From IMG/VR virus record IMGVR_UViG_3300028591_000013, positions 39,569 through 103,568 of that record: 64,000 bases of DNA. One strand, 5' to 3'. Below the pieces are notes generated by a model, which did no database searches, was not told where the DNA came from, and saw only the letters and a program-made list of their open reading frames with translations. Every line of letters begins with the position of its first letter. Position 1 is the first letter of the stretch. A program made the translations under genes and the position numbers. This stretch comes from a virus (Duplodnaviria; Caudoviricetes). Positions 62,021-64,000 of the stretch are shown one piece after another.

Positions 62021-63286
62021 ATGGTAAGAATGATGACTTATAAAGAGGCAAACCAGATTCTTGGTTGCGCTCTTTCACCTAACTATAGGTGTATTTGTAA
62101 AAAGACAGCCATCGCAAATCGTGCCCAAGAAAATCCTCTTGCTCCGTTTACACAGAATAGACTTGTTCCAGTAAAGACCGCGGGTATGGCACACGGTGTT
62201 GCTAAGAAACATCACGTTGTTATACTTGATGAGAACGGAGGGACGATATATGACTTGTGGATGGAAGACGGTGCCGCTATTCCAAATCCAGGACATCCTG
62301 CTAAAGAAGGATACGATCCAGCAGGATGGTCTCCTAGTTTGCCTGCTACTGCCACACAAGATGGTGTTTACCGCAGACAGTACACAATAAAAGCGTATAC
62401 TATTACGTTTATAGGAAAAGACGGCTAGACTTTGCCAAATTCTGGTACATATACTTACGGATAGGCTATAGTAGCTCCAGATCCACAGACACCTTCTGGG
62501 TGGGCATTTGATGGATGGAATCCTGCTGTTCCAGCAACTGCTACGGCTAATGGTACATATTATGGACAGTATCATCAGAGTACGCCTGATGTTCAGCCAG
62601 ACGATGATACTCCTGTAAGACCTGATGATCCAGATAAGAAGGGCCGTGATGGTTATGCATATACTATGGACCAAATGTATCAGGCTTATAGACCCGATAA
62701 ACCAACCCCACAGACATCTATTGCTCAATGGGCTCCTATTGGTGGAGGATGGTGGTCTGGTCCTATGGATGGATTTGACAAAGACTCTAAATACGGAGAA
62801 GACAATGGTATTTGTGCAAGAAGACTTCCTGGACGAGATCAAGCCAATAGAAGTAGATTCTTTAAGTATGATTCGGACGGATGTGTTTATGAATATGCAA
62901 AGCCGACGTCTAGTCAAATGCATAGTGGTACTGTAGATGTAGATGATCTTTTAAGCTATTGGGAGTGTGATTGTTACGATAGTAATAACAACTATATGGG
63001 TAAGTATACCATTACAAGTAACGACAGCTGGATTAAATTTATTGTTGAGCCTGGCGGGTATGATATAGTTGATATCACGGTACCGTTTGTTGTTTCATAT
63101 TATATCGACGAAAATAGAGACGGTGGCCCAGCTAGAAAAGGTACAGTTACTGTAACTACTCCGGGAGGTGTATCACATTATGATGCAAACTACGGACACA
63201 AAGGATTACCGTACATCGAAAACGGTATTACATATTTCTATTAGCAGAGCGCTGCAGAATCATACGATACACCTGATGCACAATGA
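62021..63286 (+). CDS. Tail/adhesion protein with InlB-B-repeat-like and BACON-like segments; three TAG
   Basis: PAKEGY...GW and PSGWAFDGW; SNDSWI...EN....ARKGTVTV. Confidence 0.65.
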
Positions 63287-63831
63287 CCATGATACAACAT
63301 TTATCCGAAACACTATCCCGTATCGCTTCATCATTAAATGCAATGGCTAATGGAAGCGCTATTGGAAAATTCTTGATAGGTTTGGGATCTGCTGTAATAG
63401 GGTTTTATGCCCCGATATGGTACTTATTAGTAATATGTTTCGCTACTACGTTTATAGATATGATCTATGGGTTTAAAGTAGCTAGGAAATTTAAATAGAA
63501 GATTGAAAGCGGTAAGAATTGGTCTGGTACTATAAGCAAACTGAGAGATGAGGCTGTGATACTTTCATTACTTCACGGTTTAGAATGGGCAGTAGTAGAC
63601 CAGTCCGGAGTATTTATTCTTACTGGAGGTGCGACCATAATTATCACATTGACAGAATTGTGGTCCATAATAGAGAATTTGAACACACTTGATCCCAAAG
63701 GACCTTGGAAGTTATTAGGTAAATTCCTCAGAAAGAAAGGTGAGGATTATACGGGAATTGACTTGAATTTAGAAGATGAACATACTGACAATACTGCCAT
63801 GGCTAAAGAGTCACTGGAAGATAGTCATTAA
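63283..63831 (+). CDS. Holin (Phage_holin_4-like) with one TAG
   Basis: Transmembrane helices, FIDMIYG and TELWSIIENL; joined through TAG at 63496. Confidence 0.8.
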
Positions 63832-64000
63832 GGGCATTTGCGTGGCTTCTGTTGCGTTTTTACTGTTGTGGGGTGTAAATACCCACAGAAGCAATATAAA
63901 GCTGTCACAGGAGCTAGAAATGGCTCAGAACAACATTGAAGCCTATTAGGGGTTATTAGATAGCTCCTAGTAGGCTAATAATGTTTTATGGCTAGATATA
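63776..64000 (+). CDS. Putative inner-membrane spanin-like protein, partial, with three TAG including a TAG-TAG pair
   Basis: MNILTILPWLK...VAFLLLWG...NNIEAY*GLLDSS**ANN; transmembrane helix plus coiled coil after the holin. Confidence 0.55.

Noticed and set aside
33790-64000. Fragmented late ORFs interpreted as pseudogenes, frameshifts or intron-split genes
   Set aside because: The fragments checked are in frame and separated only by TAG; recoding explains them.
1-64000. Release factor, aminoacyl-tRNA synthetase, SmpB, reverse transcriptase, integrase or virion RNA polymerase genes
   Set aside because: No motifs for these were recognised in this window; they may lie elsewhere in the genome or be supplied by the host.

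Overview
This window is about 64 kb of a crAss-like (Crassvirales) Bacteroidota phage genome that uses two genetic codes. From 1 to about 25,100 (minus strand) are early and replication genes in the standard code: an AAA ATPase, a DnaB-like helicase, a family B DNA polymerase, an ECF sigma factor and many small ORFs. Several of these genes end in TAG. From about 25,500 to 64,000 are late genes transcribed divergently from 30,240-30,450: endolysin, PAP2 phosphatase, GroES-like and IHF-like proteins, dUTPase, tail fibres, terminase, portal, scaffold, major capsid, ring/tail proteins, holin and a spanin-like protein. In most of these, in-frame TAG must be read as Gln, which is why the supplied ORF track is fragmented there. 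The RNA content is unusually rich. It includes an amber-suppressor tRNA(CUA) with non-canonical D and T loops, a circularly permuted two-piece tmRNA with its own tag peptide, four other tRNAs, a tRNA-like element, a hammerhead ribozyme, repeated loop-motif RNAs and a hairpin-dense non-coding tract of about 2.2 kb that may be a giant structured RNA. A back-to-back pair of ECF-type promoters sits at the late divergence point, and a similar motif lies upstream of the suppressor. Together these suggest a sigma-controlled switch in the genetic code that gates virion assembly and lysis. All calls come from manual reading of the sequence; no database searches were run.
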